In this document: one piece after another, positions 17,647 through 26,658 of the stretch | Position numbering within the stretch: position 1 is the stretch's first letter | Layout: every line of letters begins with the position of its first letter | Assembly: GCA_905182795.1 (NCBI GenBank) | Contig: CAJJCZ010000004.1 | Coordinates: 4,506-68,505, forward strand | Length of the DNA stretch: 64,000 nucleotides | DNA from: an uncultured bacterium | Lineage (GTDB): Bacteria > Fidelibacterota > Marinisomatia > Marinisomatales > Marinisomataceae | Direction: 5' to 3' | Made by a program: the position numbers and the translations under genes | The notes under the pieces: model-generated | What the model saw: only the letters and a program-made list of their open reading frames with translations | Told to the model about the DNA's origin: nothing | The model's database searches: none

Positions 17647-17695
17647 AATGTAAAGTACACTTTACATATATAAATGTCAAGCACACTTTACATAT
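17647..17695. promoter_or_regulatory. duplicated palindromic operator-like element in a divergent promoter
   Basis: The 23-nt unit AATGTAAAGTACACTTTACATAT (17647-17669) recurs as AATGTCAAGCACACTTTACATAT (17673-17695). Unit 1 contains a perfect 9-bp inverted repeat, ATGTAAAGT-AC-ACTTTACAT (17648-17667). Confidence 0.5.
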
Positions 17696-17749
17696 TTATT
17701 ACTTATTTAAAAAATGCTTAAATTGTTTCACTTAAATAAAAGGAAAAAA

Positions 17750-19147
17750 ATGAAGAACATATATATCTTAGTCATAACCGTTTTATTTCTAAGCGGATGT
17801 AATAACGATTTTCAAGCTGAAGAAATTGAAAATAGATTTAATATCTATATTAGCAAGCTGTCAAATGAAGAAATTGAGCAGAATTTATCTAAAGGCTTAA
17901 AACCGATTGCCATTAAAGATAATATTGATGTAAAAGGATTTGCAAATACTGCTGGATCGCTAGCATTAAAAGACAATCGTCCTTCTAGCAATGCATTCCT
18001 TATTCAACAACTTGTAGATAATGGATATTTTGTTATTGGAAAAACTAATTTATCTGAATGGGCTAACTTCCGCTCTTCTTCATCCACAAGTGGCTGGTCT
18101 AGTATGGGTGGCCAAACAATTAATCCTTATGGTTCAATGCGCACGCCTTGTGGTTCCAGTTCTGGTTCTGGTGTCGTAGTTGCAACTGGATTAATTGATG
18201 TGGCTATCGGAACAGAAACAAATGGATCAGTAAGTTGTCCTTCTTCTGTGAATGGTATTGTAGGAATTAAACCTACTGTAGGCCTTGTTAGTCGATCTGG
18301 TATTATCCCTATCTCTCACACACAAGATACCGCAGGACCAATGGCAAGCTCTGTAAAAAGAGCAGCTGAAATATTAGAAATTATTGCAGGAAAAGATATG
18401 AATGATCCTGCTACGCTGAATATTCCTAAAGACTTCAATTTTAATTTTACATCCAATCTAAATCAAGAGTCCTTGCAAGGAAAAAAGTTTGGATTGCTTG
18501 CAACTGGATCGCATGATGAAGATGGTCAAAAAGCGCTTGAAAAAATAAGAGTATTACTCGAAGATTCTGGTGCTATAGTCGTTGATATTGATGATAAAAG
18601 ACAATATCCTGGAGAAGCAGAATTGTTAGTATTGATGTATGAATTCAAGGAAAATCTTGAAAAATATCTAGCTACTTCAAATTCTCCCCATAAAACTCTT
18701 TCAGAGCTCATTGAATTCAATGATACAAATAAAGAAAAAGTTTTAAAATATTTTGATCAAAGCATTTTTATTGATAGTGATAAAACTAGCTCTCAAAGAG
18801 AAGAATATCTTATTGCATTAGATCAAATAATAGATACCAGAAATGGTATTGACAATCTACTTGAAGAGAATGATGTTGATGCACTTGTTGGCTTATCATG
18901 GAGTCCTGCTTGGGCAATCAACCATGATGGTGGCGATGATGAAGCAATTGAAGCATATAGATTTTGGGTCAATGGTAGTTATGCTGCTATGGCAGGATAT
19001 CCGCATGTTACCGTTCCTCTAGATTATATTGATGGTCTCCCTATTGGAATGTCGTTCATTGGAACAGCATGGTCTGATAAACAGCTAATAGAGTATGCAC
19101 ACTCTTTTGAGCAGTTAAATAATTTTAACCCAACACCAACACTTTAA
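17750..19147 (+). CDS. amidase-signature family amidase, lipoprotein
   Basis: The track ORF starts at 17714. The ATG at 17750 gives MKNIYILVITVLFLSGC (lipobox) after aaaggaaaaaa. Motifs IAIKDNIDVKGF, CGSSSGSGVVVATG, GTETNGS. Confidence 0.8.
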   Translation: MKNIYILVITVLFLSGCNNDFQAEEIENRFNIYISKLSNEEIEQNLSKGLKPIAIKDNIDVKGFANTAGSLALKDNRPSSNAFLIQQLVDNGYFVIGKTNLSEWANFRSSSSTSGWSSMGGQTINPYGSMRTPCGSSSGSGVVVATGLIDVAIGTETNGSVSCPSSVNGIVGIKPTVGLVSRSGIIPISHTQDTAGPMASSVKRAAEILEIIAGKDMNDPATLNIPKDFNFNFTSNLNQESLQGKKFGLLATGSHDEDGQKALEKIRVLLEDSGAIVVDIDDKRQYPGEAELLVLMYEFKENLEKYLATSNSPHKTLSELIEFNDTNKEKVLKYFDQSIFIDSDKTSSQREEYLIALDQIIDTRNGIDNLLEENDVDALVGLSWSPAWAINHDGGDDEAIEAYRFWVNGSYAAMAGYPHVTVPLDYIDGLPIGMSFIGTAWSDKQLIEYAHSFEQLNNFNPTPTL

Positions 19148-19149
19148 TA

Positions 19150-19272
19150 ATGAGCATTTTATTAGAAAAAATCTTGATTGCTATGATTGGCTTTGTGTTA
19201 TTTATGCTAGTATTTATTATTCTAAGAGATTTGATTAAAGCTCTGTTCAAAAAAATTAAAAAATTACTTTAA
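19150..19272 (+). CDS. possible 40-aa single-TM small protein (below the ORF-track size cut-off)
   Basis: ATG lies 2 nt after the amidase stop and TAA lies 3 nt before the next ATG. Sequence MSILLEKILIAMIGFVLFMLVFIILRDLIKALFKKIKKLL has a hydrophobic core and basic tail. It fills the gap exactly. Confidence 0.4.
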   Translation: MSILLEKILIAMIGFVLFMLVFIILRDLIKALFKKIKKLL

Positions 19273-19275
19273 GTA

Positions 19276-20634
19276 ATGAAACCACTAATCAGCCGCCGAA
19301 ATTTTGTTAAAACAACTACAATGGCTGGGGTTGCCGCATCTATAGCGCCAACTATTCTGTTTGGTAGTCCTTCTCAAAGATTACAAGTAGGGATAATTGG
19401 CACAGGATTTCGTGGCCAATGGGTTTCACAGCTTTTGTTAAACCGTCCCGATGTGGATATTCCTGTAATTTGTGATGTTGATGATATTATGATTGAAAGA
19501 GTTTTAAAAATCTTTAAAAAAGCTAATCGTCCTTTGCCAAAAATATACAAAAATGGTCCAGAAGATTTTCGAAACATGGTTGCAAATGAAGATTTAGATG
19601 GAGTATATATTGCTACCCCGTGGGAATGGCACCATTCTATGGCTATTGCCGCCATGAAAAACAATATTCATGTAGGCACAGAGGTTCCAGCAGCTCTTAC
19701 CGTTAAAGAGTGTTGGGATTTGGTCAATATATCTGAAAAAACTGGCAAATTGTGTATGATTATGGAAAACGTAAACTATCGAAGAGATGTTATGGCAGTT
19801 CTCAATATGGTTCGTCAAGGACTGTTTGGTGAACTACTTCACTGTCAAGGCGGATATCAACATGATTTACGGCATGTTAAGCTTAATGACGGTGTTGGTG
19901 CTTACGGTGGTGGTGTAGAATTTGGTGATAAAGGTTTTTCCGAAGCACGATGGAGAACACAACATTCAGTAGATCGTAATGCTGATCTTTATCCTACTCA
20001 CGGATTAGGACCTGTAAGTACTATGTTAGATATCAATCGTGGCAACAGAATGCTCTCTCTCACCTCCACAGCAACCCAGTCCCGTGGACTTCATAAGTAT
20101 ATTGTAGATCTTGGAGGAGAAAAACATCCCAATGCAAAAATAGATTTTAAGTTAGGTGACATAGTTACAACAGTTATTAAGTGTGCCAAAGGACAAACAG
20201 TTGTACTAAGTCATGATACAAACTCACCTAGACCGTATTCTTTAAATTTTCGCGTTCAAGGTACTCAGGGACTGTGGATGAAAGACAACCGTTCTATTTA
20301 TATAGAAGGCACAAGCCCAAGCGAACATCAATGGGAATCAGATGAAGAGTATTTAAAAAAATATGACCACCCTCTTTGGAAAAAATTTGAAGATCAAGCC
20401 GCTGGCTCAGGCCATGGAGGCATGGATTTTTTTATTGTCCGCGCATTTATAGAAGCACTAAAAGGCAACCAAGCACCGGTAATTGATGTCTATGATGCTG
20501 TAAGTATGAGCGTAATAGTTCCTTTGTCAGAAAAATCCATTAGACTAAATAGTAATTCAGTAAAAATTCCTGATTTTACACGAGGAAAATGGAAAACAAA
20601 TTCACCTATTTTTGGTTTAGATGAAAAATATTAA
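19276..20634 (+). CDS. Tat-exported Gfo/Idh/MocA-family NAD-dependent oxidoreductase (GH109-like)
   Basis: Twin-arginine signal SRRNFVKTTTMAGVAASIAP. Rossmann motif VGIIGTGFRG. 452 aa. Confidence 0.7.
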   Translation: MKPLISRRNFVKTTTMAGVAASIAPTILFGSPSQRLQVGIIGTGFRGQWVSQLLLNRPDVDIPVICDVDDIMIERVLKIFKKANRPLPKIYKNGPEDFRNMVANEDLDGVYIATPWEWHHSMAIAAMKNNIHVGTEVPAALTVKECWDLVNISEKTGKLCMIMENVNYRRDVMAVLNMVRQGLFGELLHCQGGYQHDLRHVKLNDGVGAYGGGVEFGDKGFSEARWRTQHSVDRNADLYPTHGLGPVSTMLDINRGNRMLSLTSTATQSRGLHKYIVDLGGEKHPNAKIDFKLGDIVTTVIKCAKGQTVVLSHDTNSPRPYSLNFRVQGTQGLWMKDNRSIYIEGTSPSEHQWESDEEYLKKYDHPLWKKFEDQAAGSGHGGMDFFIVRAFIEALKGNQAPVIDVYDAVSMSVIVPLSEKSIRLNSNSVKIPDFTRGKWKTNSPIFGLDEKY

Positions 20635-20651
20635 TCTCTTTCTTTTAATTT

Positions 20652-20933
20652 TTAATCTATTTTTTTTAAGGCTTCAACTAATTGAAATTCTTTGTCAAAT
20701 CTTTCTTTCATACCACCTTTTTCTTTAAGTAAGATATATCCATAAGATTTTGATCCAATTGCAATTTTATCCCCATAGCGAGTATCATACCAATATTGAT
20801 CACCTTTACTATCAATAATTACTTGGTATCTGCCATTTTGAGATTCTTCTTCATGTTCATCAAATCCCATAATTAACATAACATTAATTGTTAGTAATGC
20901 TCCAATTAATAAACTCTTAATATCTATTTTCAT
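20652..20933 (-). CDS. small secreted/membrane-anchored protein, unknown
   Basis: 93 aa with N-terminal hydrophobic segment LLIGALLTINVMLIMG. No family recognised. Confidence 0.4.
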   Translation of the reverse strand: MKIDIKSLLIGALLTINVMLIMGFDEHEEESQNGRYQVIIDSKGDQYWYDTRYGDKIAIGSKSYGYILLKEKGGMKERFDKEFQLVEALKKID

Positions 20934-21023
20934 ATCTAATTTCCTTTTATTGATTTAATTAAAGTTAAAGGGCTATAAATCGCAAGATTTAACACCTTTT
21001 TTTGCTCTTCTATAGACGAAGTG

Positions 21024-21110
21024 CGGAGAGAGAGGGATTCGAACCCTCGATACAGTTTCCCGTATAACACCTTAGCAGGGTGCCGCTTTCAACCACTCAG
21101 CCACCTCTCC
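21024..21110 (-). tRNA. tRNA-Ser (anticodon GCU)
   Basis: Minus strand GGAGAGGTGGCTGAGTGG...CCCTGCTAAGGTG...long variable arm ATACGGGAAACTGTAT...GAGGGTTCGAATCCCTCTCTCTCCG. The cloverleaf folds by hand; CCA is not encoded. Confidence 0.9.
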
Positions 21111-21137
21111 AAATATGGGGAATTTACACTAAGAATA

Positions 21138-22115
21138 CTATGAACTCGACAAAAAAGATACAAGCCTATCTTTTAGCTTATCTAATCCGACATTACTTAC
21201 AGATGAAATGTCTATATATTCTTCTGAAAAATTCTTCCAACTCTCTAAATTTTCTACCTGATCCATCGTATCGCGCTTTGTACGTACTACCAATTTTGGC
21301 TTATCCATTAACGTATCATTAAAGCTAGATAACTCATTAGACAATTTATCGAAAACATCTTGTGGATTAGGCTCTAAAATATCAATTAAGAATAATAAAA
21401 TTCTATTACGTTCTATATGTCTCAAGAATTGATGACCCAATCCTTTACCTTGGCTAGCACCCTCAATAAGACCTGGAATATCAGCCATTACAAATGATTG
21501 ATACTCTCCATATTTCACAATTCCCAAATGAGGCTGTAAGGTTGTAAATGGGTAGTCCGCAATTTTCGGTGTTGCTGTAGTCATTACAGATAATAAAGTC
21601 GATTTTCCAGCATTAGGCAAACCAACCAAACCTACATCTGCTAAAATTTTTAGCTCTAGCTCAACTTGTAATGATTCTCCAGAAATTCCTTGCTGTGAAA
21701 ATCGAGGAGTTTGTTGCCTGGAAGACTTAAAATTATAATTTCCTCTACCTCCGATACCGCCCAAACAAACTATACGATGTTCGTTTTCTTTAACCATATC
21801 AACAACAACGTCATTGGTATTTAAATCTTTAATAATTGTACCACAAGGCACTTGAATAATAAGATCTTCTCCTGATTTACCTGTGCGCTTATTTGCCCCT
21901 CCAGACTTACCATTTTGAGCTTTATACAGACGACGATATCGAATATCTTGAAGTGTATGTAAGTTGGGATTGGTTAGAAAAATAATGTTACCACCTTTTC
22001 CACCATTGCCGCCACTAGGACCGCCTTTATCTATATATTTTTCTCGATGAAAAGCAACAATGCCTGGTCCGCCGTTTCCAGCTTGCAATCTTATTTTTGC
22101 ATAATCGATAAACAT
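21138..22115 (-). CDS. obg: GTPase Obg/CgtA
   Basis: MFIDYAKIRLQAGNGGPGIVAFHREKYIDKGGPSGGNGGKGGNI; G-motifs GLPNAGKST, DIPGLIEGA. Confidence 0.9.
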   Translation of the reverse strand: MFIDYAKIRLQAGNGGPGIVAFHREKYIDKGGPSGGNGGKGGNIIFLTNPNLHTLQDIRYRRLYKAQNGKSGGANKRTGKSGEDLIIQVPCGTIIKDLNTNDVVVDMVKENEHRIVCLGGIGGRGNYNFKSSRQQTPRFSQQGISGESLQVELELKILADVGLVGLPNAGKSTLLSVMTTATPKIADYPFTTLQPHLGIVKYGEYQSFVMADIPGLIEGASQGKGLGHQFLRHIERNRILLFLIDILEPNPQDVFDKLSNELSSFNDTLMDKPKLVVRTKRDTMDQVENLESWKNFSEEYIDISSVSNVGLDKLKDRLVSFLSSS

Positions 22116-22124
22116 AATAATTCC

Positions 22125-23387
22125 TTAGAAATTGCTAATAATCTCGTCACCAAATTCTGAACATTTTAATAATGTAGCTCCATCCATTAAACGCTCAAAA
22201 TCGTAAGTAACTCTTTTATTATATATAGCAGTTTCTAATGCTCTCTCGATAAGGATAGCTGCTTCTTCCCATCCCATGTGTTGCAACATCATCACACCAG
22301 ACAAAATTACTGAAGATGGATTAACCTTGTCTAATCCAGCATATTTTGGAGCCGTACCATGCGTTGCTTCAAAAATAGCATGCCCAGAGTTATAATTAAT
22401 ATTTGCTCCAGGAGCAATACCGATTCCACCAACAGCAGCTGCTGCAGAATCTGATAAATAATCACCATTTAAATTCATTGTAGCGATGACATCATACTCG
22501 TCCGGTCTTAATAGTATTTGCTGAAGGAATGCATCCGCAATAACATCTTTGATAATAATCTTTCCTTCTAATTCAGCTTTAGATTGAGCAGCGTTAGCGG
22601 CATGCACATCTTGCTCTTCTTTAATTCTATCGTACTGCATCCATGTAAATACTTTATCGCCATAATGTGTTTCAGCGTGTTCATAAGTCCATTTTTTGAA
22701 GTATCCCTCTGTAAACTTCATGATATTACCTTTATGAACTATTGTAACTGATCTTCTATTGTTCTTGATAGCATATTTTAAAGCAGCATCAAATAATCTT
22801 ATTGAACCTTCTTTTGATATGGGTTTAATACCAATAGAACTTGAATCTGGAAATCTAATCTTATGACCTTCTCCCAATTCATTTAATAAACTAATTACCT
22901 GTTTTGCTCCATCAGAATCTTTTGGAAATTCTATTCCACTATATACATCTTCTGTATTCTCTCTAAATAGAACAAAATCAACCCTATTAGGATCTAAAAT
23001 TGCTGCAGGAGCACCTTTAAACCATCTTACAGGACGCACACATGCATATAGATCTAATTCTTTTCTTAAAGCCACATTTAAGGAGCGTATTCCACCACCA
23101 ATAGGAGTGGTAAGCGGACCTTTAATTCCTACATGATGGGATCTAAGGGTGTCTAATGTTTCTGACGGAAGCCATTCTCCTGTTTTATCAAATGCTTTTT
23201 CTCCGCATAAAACTTCCAACCATTCAATTTTTTTTGACCCTTTATAACTATGCTCAACAGCGGCATCAATCACTTTCTTTGCTGCATGCCAAATATCTGG
23301 TCCGATACCATCACCTTCTATAAAAGGAATAATCGGATTATCACTTACAATTAATTTATTATTTTCATATTTTATTTTATCAGCCAT
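22125..23387 (-). CDS. icd: NADP-dependent isocitrate dehydrogenase
   Basis: 420 aa; [39 protein letters not shown]. Confidence 0.9.
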   Translation of the reverse strand: MADKIKYENNKLIVSDNPIIPFIEGDGIGPDIWHAAKKVIDAAVEHSYKGSKKIEWLEVLCGEKAFDKTGEWLPSETLDTLRSHHVGIKGPLTTPIGGGIRSLNVALRKELDLYACVRPVRWFKGAPAAILDPNRVDFVLFRENTEDVYSGIEFPKDSDGAKQVISLLNELGEGHKIRFPDSSSIGIKPISKEGSIRLFDAALKYAIKNNRRSVTIVHKGNIMKFTEGYFKKWTYEHAETHYGDKVFTWMQYDRIKEEQDVHAANAAQSKAELEGKIIIKDVIADAFLQQILLRPDEYDVIATMNLNGDYLSDSAAAAVGGIGIAPGANINYNSGHAIFEATHGTAPKYAGLDKVNPSSVILSGVMMLQHMGWEEAAILIERALETAIYNKRVTYDFERLMDGATLLKCSEFGDEIISNF

Positions 23388-23880
23388 TATTCTCTTTCAT
23401 TTTTTTAATCAATATATCTTCAACGCTCTTTGGTACAAACTTGGATAAATCGGTATCATACTTAGCTAATTCTTTAATAATAGTAGAATTCAGATGAAGA
23501 AATTTCTCATTTGATACCATCAAAATAGTAGAAATTTCAGAATTAATACCATGATTTACCATTGCCATTTGGAACTCTAATTCAAAATCACTTACATGTC
23601 TAAGCCCTCTAATAATAGCTACAGCATCATGCTCTTGTGCAAATCTTATAACTAAATTTTTTGGATTAGAATGCACATAAACATTATCAATATTATGAGT
23701 ACATTCTTCTATCATATCCACTCTTTCTTGATGTGAAAATAATGGATCTTTATGCAAATTATCTGAAATACAGATATGAACTTCATCAAAAAGTTTTGCT
23801 GCTCTTTTTGTAATATCGATATGCCCATAATGTAGGGGATCAAAAGTGCCTGGATATATTATTTTCTTCATATTTGCCAA
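23380..23880 (-). CDS. coaD: phosphopantetheine adenylyltransferase
   Basis: [16 protein letters not shown]; 166 aa. Confidence 0.9.
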   Translation of the reverse strand: MANMKKIIYPGTFDPLHYGHIDITKRAAKLFDEVHICISDNLHKDPLFSHQERVDMIEECTHNIDNVYVHSNPKNLVIRFAQEHDAVAIIRGLRHVSDFELEFQMAMVNHGINSEISTILMVSNEKFLHLNSTIIKELAKYDTDLSKFVPKSVEDILIKKMKENNG

Positions 23881-24374
23881 TATAATAGTTGCGTATCCCC
23901 GAATTTAGCCATTTTATAATATCCTGCAAGCGATTCATTTTTACTGCATTCAAGAACAAAAATTCCTCCAGGATTTAGCTTTTTACAAGCCAAATCAATA
24001 AGTATTGGTAGATTTGCTAACCCATATGGAGGATCAGCAAATATGACATCATATTTATTGCATTTCTTAAGGAATCTTAAAGAATCTCTAACCAAAAAAT
24101 TGAAATGATTATAATTAATTGATTCTGCATTTTTTCTAATTTGGCTCATATGCTGCTTATTCATTTCTATAAAAGTTACTGCATCTGCTCCTCTGCTACT
24201 TGCTTCAAAACCAATAATACCTGATCCTGCATATAAATCTAAAAAATCTTTATTTTCAAGAGATCCTAACGTGTCAAAAAGACTTTTTCTAGCAATGGAT
24301 GTAGTTGGTCTATATAAAAAGCGAGAGCTTAGAGTGATGGATTCATTTTTAAATATACCAGATAGTATTTTCAT
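23868..24374 (-). CDS. rsmD: 16S rRNA (guanine966-N2)-methyltransferase
   Basis: RPTTSIARKSLFD, LDLYAGSGIIGFEASSRGA, FADPPY. Confidence 0.85.
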   Translation of the reverse strand: MKILSGIFKNESITLSSRFLYRPTTSIARKSLFDTLGSLENKDFLDLYAGSGIIGFEASSRGADAVTFIEMNKQHMSQIRKNAESINYNHFNFLVRDSLRFLKKCNKYDVIFADPPYGLANLPILIDLACKKLNPGGIFVLECSKNESLAGYYKMAKFGDTQLLYWQI

Positions 24375-25822
24375 ACTTTCAAGACTGTGACATACAAATG
24401 AACTGAATTATCAATTTTATTATATACAATCTTTCTTGAAATCAAATTATCATATTGTCTTATATGTTCAAGAATTTCTATTGATCCATCTAATCCTTCG
24501 CACCTAATAATAACATTATCAGATTTTTTATCAAAAAATAATCCTTCAGAATGTTCAAACTGATTACTATTTCCTTTTTCGACAATAACGGATAGTAAGT
24601 CATATATTGGCATAGAGCTTTGCAATGATGCAACTTTAGAGGATTTAATAGTATATGTACCGCTTATACCATCATTAGAGCCAGTATTAATAGTAATATG
24701 GTTATCAAGAATAATTATACTTTGAATTTTACTTATATTGGCAGAATTAGCAATTACTTGAAATTCATCCATACTTGCATGTGAGCTAGCAAGATATTTA
24801 TCTACTTGGTTGATAGCTGGTTTAACTGCTACAGTCCTAACGGCGGATGTAGTTTCTACAGCTTTGCTGTCTTTAGTATTAATTGAAGTTTCATTATATA
24901 GAAAGTTAAAATCACTTACTCTAATCAAAGCAAGTACTACTAATCCTAAAGTTAGAAATCCTGCAATAGTATTCTTTGCGTATTGGGAGAAATTATAATT
25001 ACTTCCCTTGTCTAGATTGAGTATAGTTTTTCTATATTTTTGATCATCTAAAATTTGCACTCCAAAAGGCTTAATAAAATTTAATATCGGAGTAGAGTCT
25101 TTTATAATTTTTGCAAAAAATTCTACAATCTTAACATCATTAAACATAATATATTTAAGGTTGGGATCTTTAAAATCCTTCTCTTTAAATTTAATCATAT
25201 CAGCCAATCCTATAATTCTTGTAAGTTTCTTATTTTTTCCAGTAAAACTACCTCTATAAAAAGAAAATCCTTTCTTTGAGTAATTAAAAACTGAATATAT
25301 ACGAGATGACTTATTCACAACGTATTGAGTAGATTTAGCGCCTGAAAGAAGAATACTAGACATGGGAACGAGAAACTTGATATCTATTCCAGAATTATTA
25401 AAATTTAGCTTTATCTTCTCTCTTAAATAATGATTCATCTCTACTGTATGAAATATATTTTTTGAAGATTTCTTACTCTCTGATATTGAAAAATAATTTC
25501 TGAATAATTCTTTCCACTTATCTTGCAAGTCACGCTTAATATACTGAGACAGGCTTGATTGATTTTTTTTAGATATAGTATTTAAAGAATGAGATAATAT
25601 TGAGTCATCTATAGCAATAGCTGCATGCTTATTTTCTAAATCTATTTTTTCGCCTAACTCATCAAGCGCTTGTGCAATTACACTGCTTAATAACTTAGAA
25701 TTATTATCTATAGATATAAGATTATGATGAAATTTTATTTTAAGCTTTAGATGTACTGAATCGTTATCAGAGCTTTTTTTAAATACAGAAAGAGTATCGC
25801 TATGTACTATAAAGTATAGCAA
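24371..25822 (-). CDS. hypothetical 483-aa protein with one central TM segment
   Basis: The only clear feature is the TM segment TIAGFLTLGLVVLALIRV near residue 295. K/N/S-rich. No family recognised. Confidence 0.4.
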   Translation of the reverse strand: MLYFIVHSDTLSVFKKSSDNDSVHLKLKIKFHHNLISIDNNSKLLSSVIAQALDELGEKIDLENKHAAIAIDDSILSHSLNTISKKNQSSLSQYIKRDLQDKWKELFRNYFSISESKKSSKNIFHTVEMNHYLREKIKLNFNNSGIDIKFLVPMSSILLSGAKSTQYVVNKSSRIYSVFNYSKKGFSFYRGSFTGKNKKLTRIIGLADMIKFKEKDFKDPNLKYIMFNDVKIVEFFAKIIKDSTPILNFIKPFGVQILDDQKYRKTILNLDKGSNYNFSQYAKNTIAGFLTLGLVVLALIRVSDFNFLYNETSINTKDSKAVETTSAVRTVAVKPAINQVDKYLASSHASMDEFQVIANSANISKIQSIIILDNHITINTGSNDGISGTYTIKSSKVASLQSSMPIYDLLSVIVEKGNSNQFEHSEGLFFDKKSDNVIIRCEGLDGSIEILEHIRQYDNLISRKIVYNKIDNSVHLYVTVLKV

Positions 25823-25826
25823 TCAA

Positions 25827-26624
25827 TTAATTATCCCAACTTCTAGTTCCGTCGATGATATAACCATGACTCCTAGTTTTCAAGGAAAAGAATCCATATC
25901 TATTATCTTTATAAGAACGAATTGGACTTGAGACTCTAACAGAGTTTGCTTCTTCGTTTATATCGATGATATAAGGATCTCCCGTTAAAGGGCATACAAG
26001 TTGAGATTCATCTGGAAGAAATATAAAATTATAAGGACTAGTCTCTTTTCTGAACCTTCTATCAAAGTATGCTATAGTTTCTACACGCTCAAATGATGCT
26101 TCACTAACAACGCTTAAAAATAGTGGGTCTTCACGTACTTCAAAAAGATTTCTTTTTTGAACATATAATGTATCTTCCAATCCAGTATCTTCAGACAGCA
26201 TTACTACTGTGACAGTTGTATCTACAATCGTCTCTTTTGCAACTCTTCTTTGTCCAAATGTTGTATCGTACTCCACATCAAAACCTCTAGGAACATTTAC
26301 AAGAAACTCTTCACCATTCAATTTTACTAACTGATCTCCTAAGAATGTAGAATCTGCCATAACTGAATCTCTGACAGCATTTACAAGATTAACTGCCTTA
26401 AGGCCGTCTTGTTCATATTTTCCGACTAAGATATTATGGAAATTTTCAACATTATATAATGCCTGGATACGAGATCTACTTTCGTTTTTGTACATATCTT
26501 CTTCTTCCCAAATAGTACTAGGAAGATAGATTACAAGAAGAGTAAGTAGGAATACAAAGAAAATAATAATTTCTAAATAATCGTTAAAAAATTTTTGTTT
26601 GACTTTATTCATTTTAGGCTCCAC
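25827..26624 (-). CDS. hypothetical 265-aa N-terminally anchored protein
   Basis: N-terminal TM YLEIIIFFVFLLTLLVIYL. No family recognised. Confidence 0.4.
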   Translation of the reverse strand: MEPKMNKVKQKFFNDYLEIIIFFVFLLTLLVIYLPSTIWEEEDMYKNESRSRIQALYNVENFHNILVGKYEQDGLKAVNLVNAVRDSVMADSTFLGDQLVKLNGEEFLVNVPRGFDVEYDTTFGQRRVAKETIVDTTVTVVMLSEDTGLEDTLYVQKRNLFEVREDPLFLSVVSEASFERVETIAYFDRRFRKETSPYNFIFLPDESQLVCPLTGDPYIIDINEEANSVRVSSPIRSYKDNRYGFFSLKTRSHGYIIDGTRSWDN

Positions 26625-26658
26625 AGAATTTACAATAAATCAAGAACATAGCAAGATA

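Noticed and set aside
20968-20980. The 13-mer AAAGGGCTATAAA is shared with the terminator region at 63370-63382
   Set aside because: Many chance 13-mer matches are expected among all position pairs in 64 kb of AT-rich DNA. The first copy has no hairpin partner.
25827-26624. Possible prepilin/pseudopilin-like N-terminus (..FFNDYLEIIIFFVFLL..)
   Set aside because: There is no Gly at the would-be cleavage site and no G-F/M-T-L-x-E consensus. A Glu near a TM helix is insufficient evidence.
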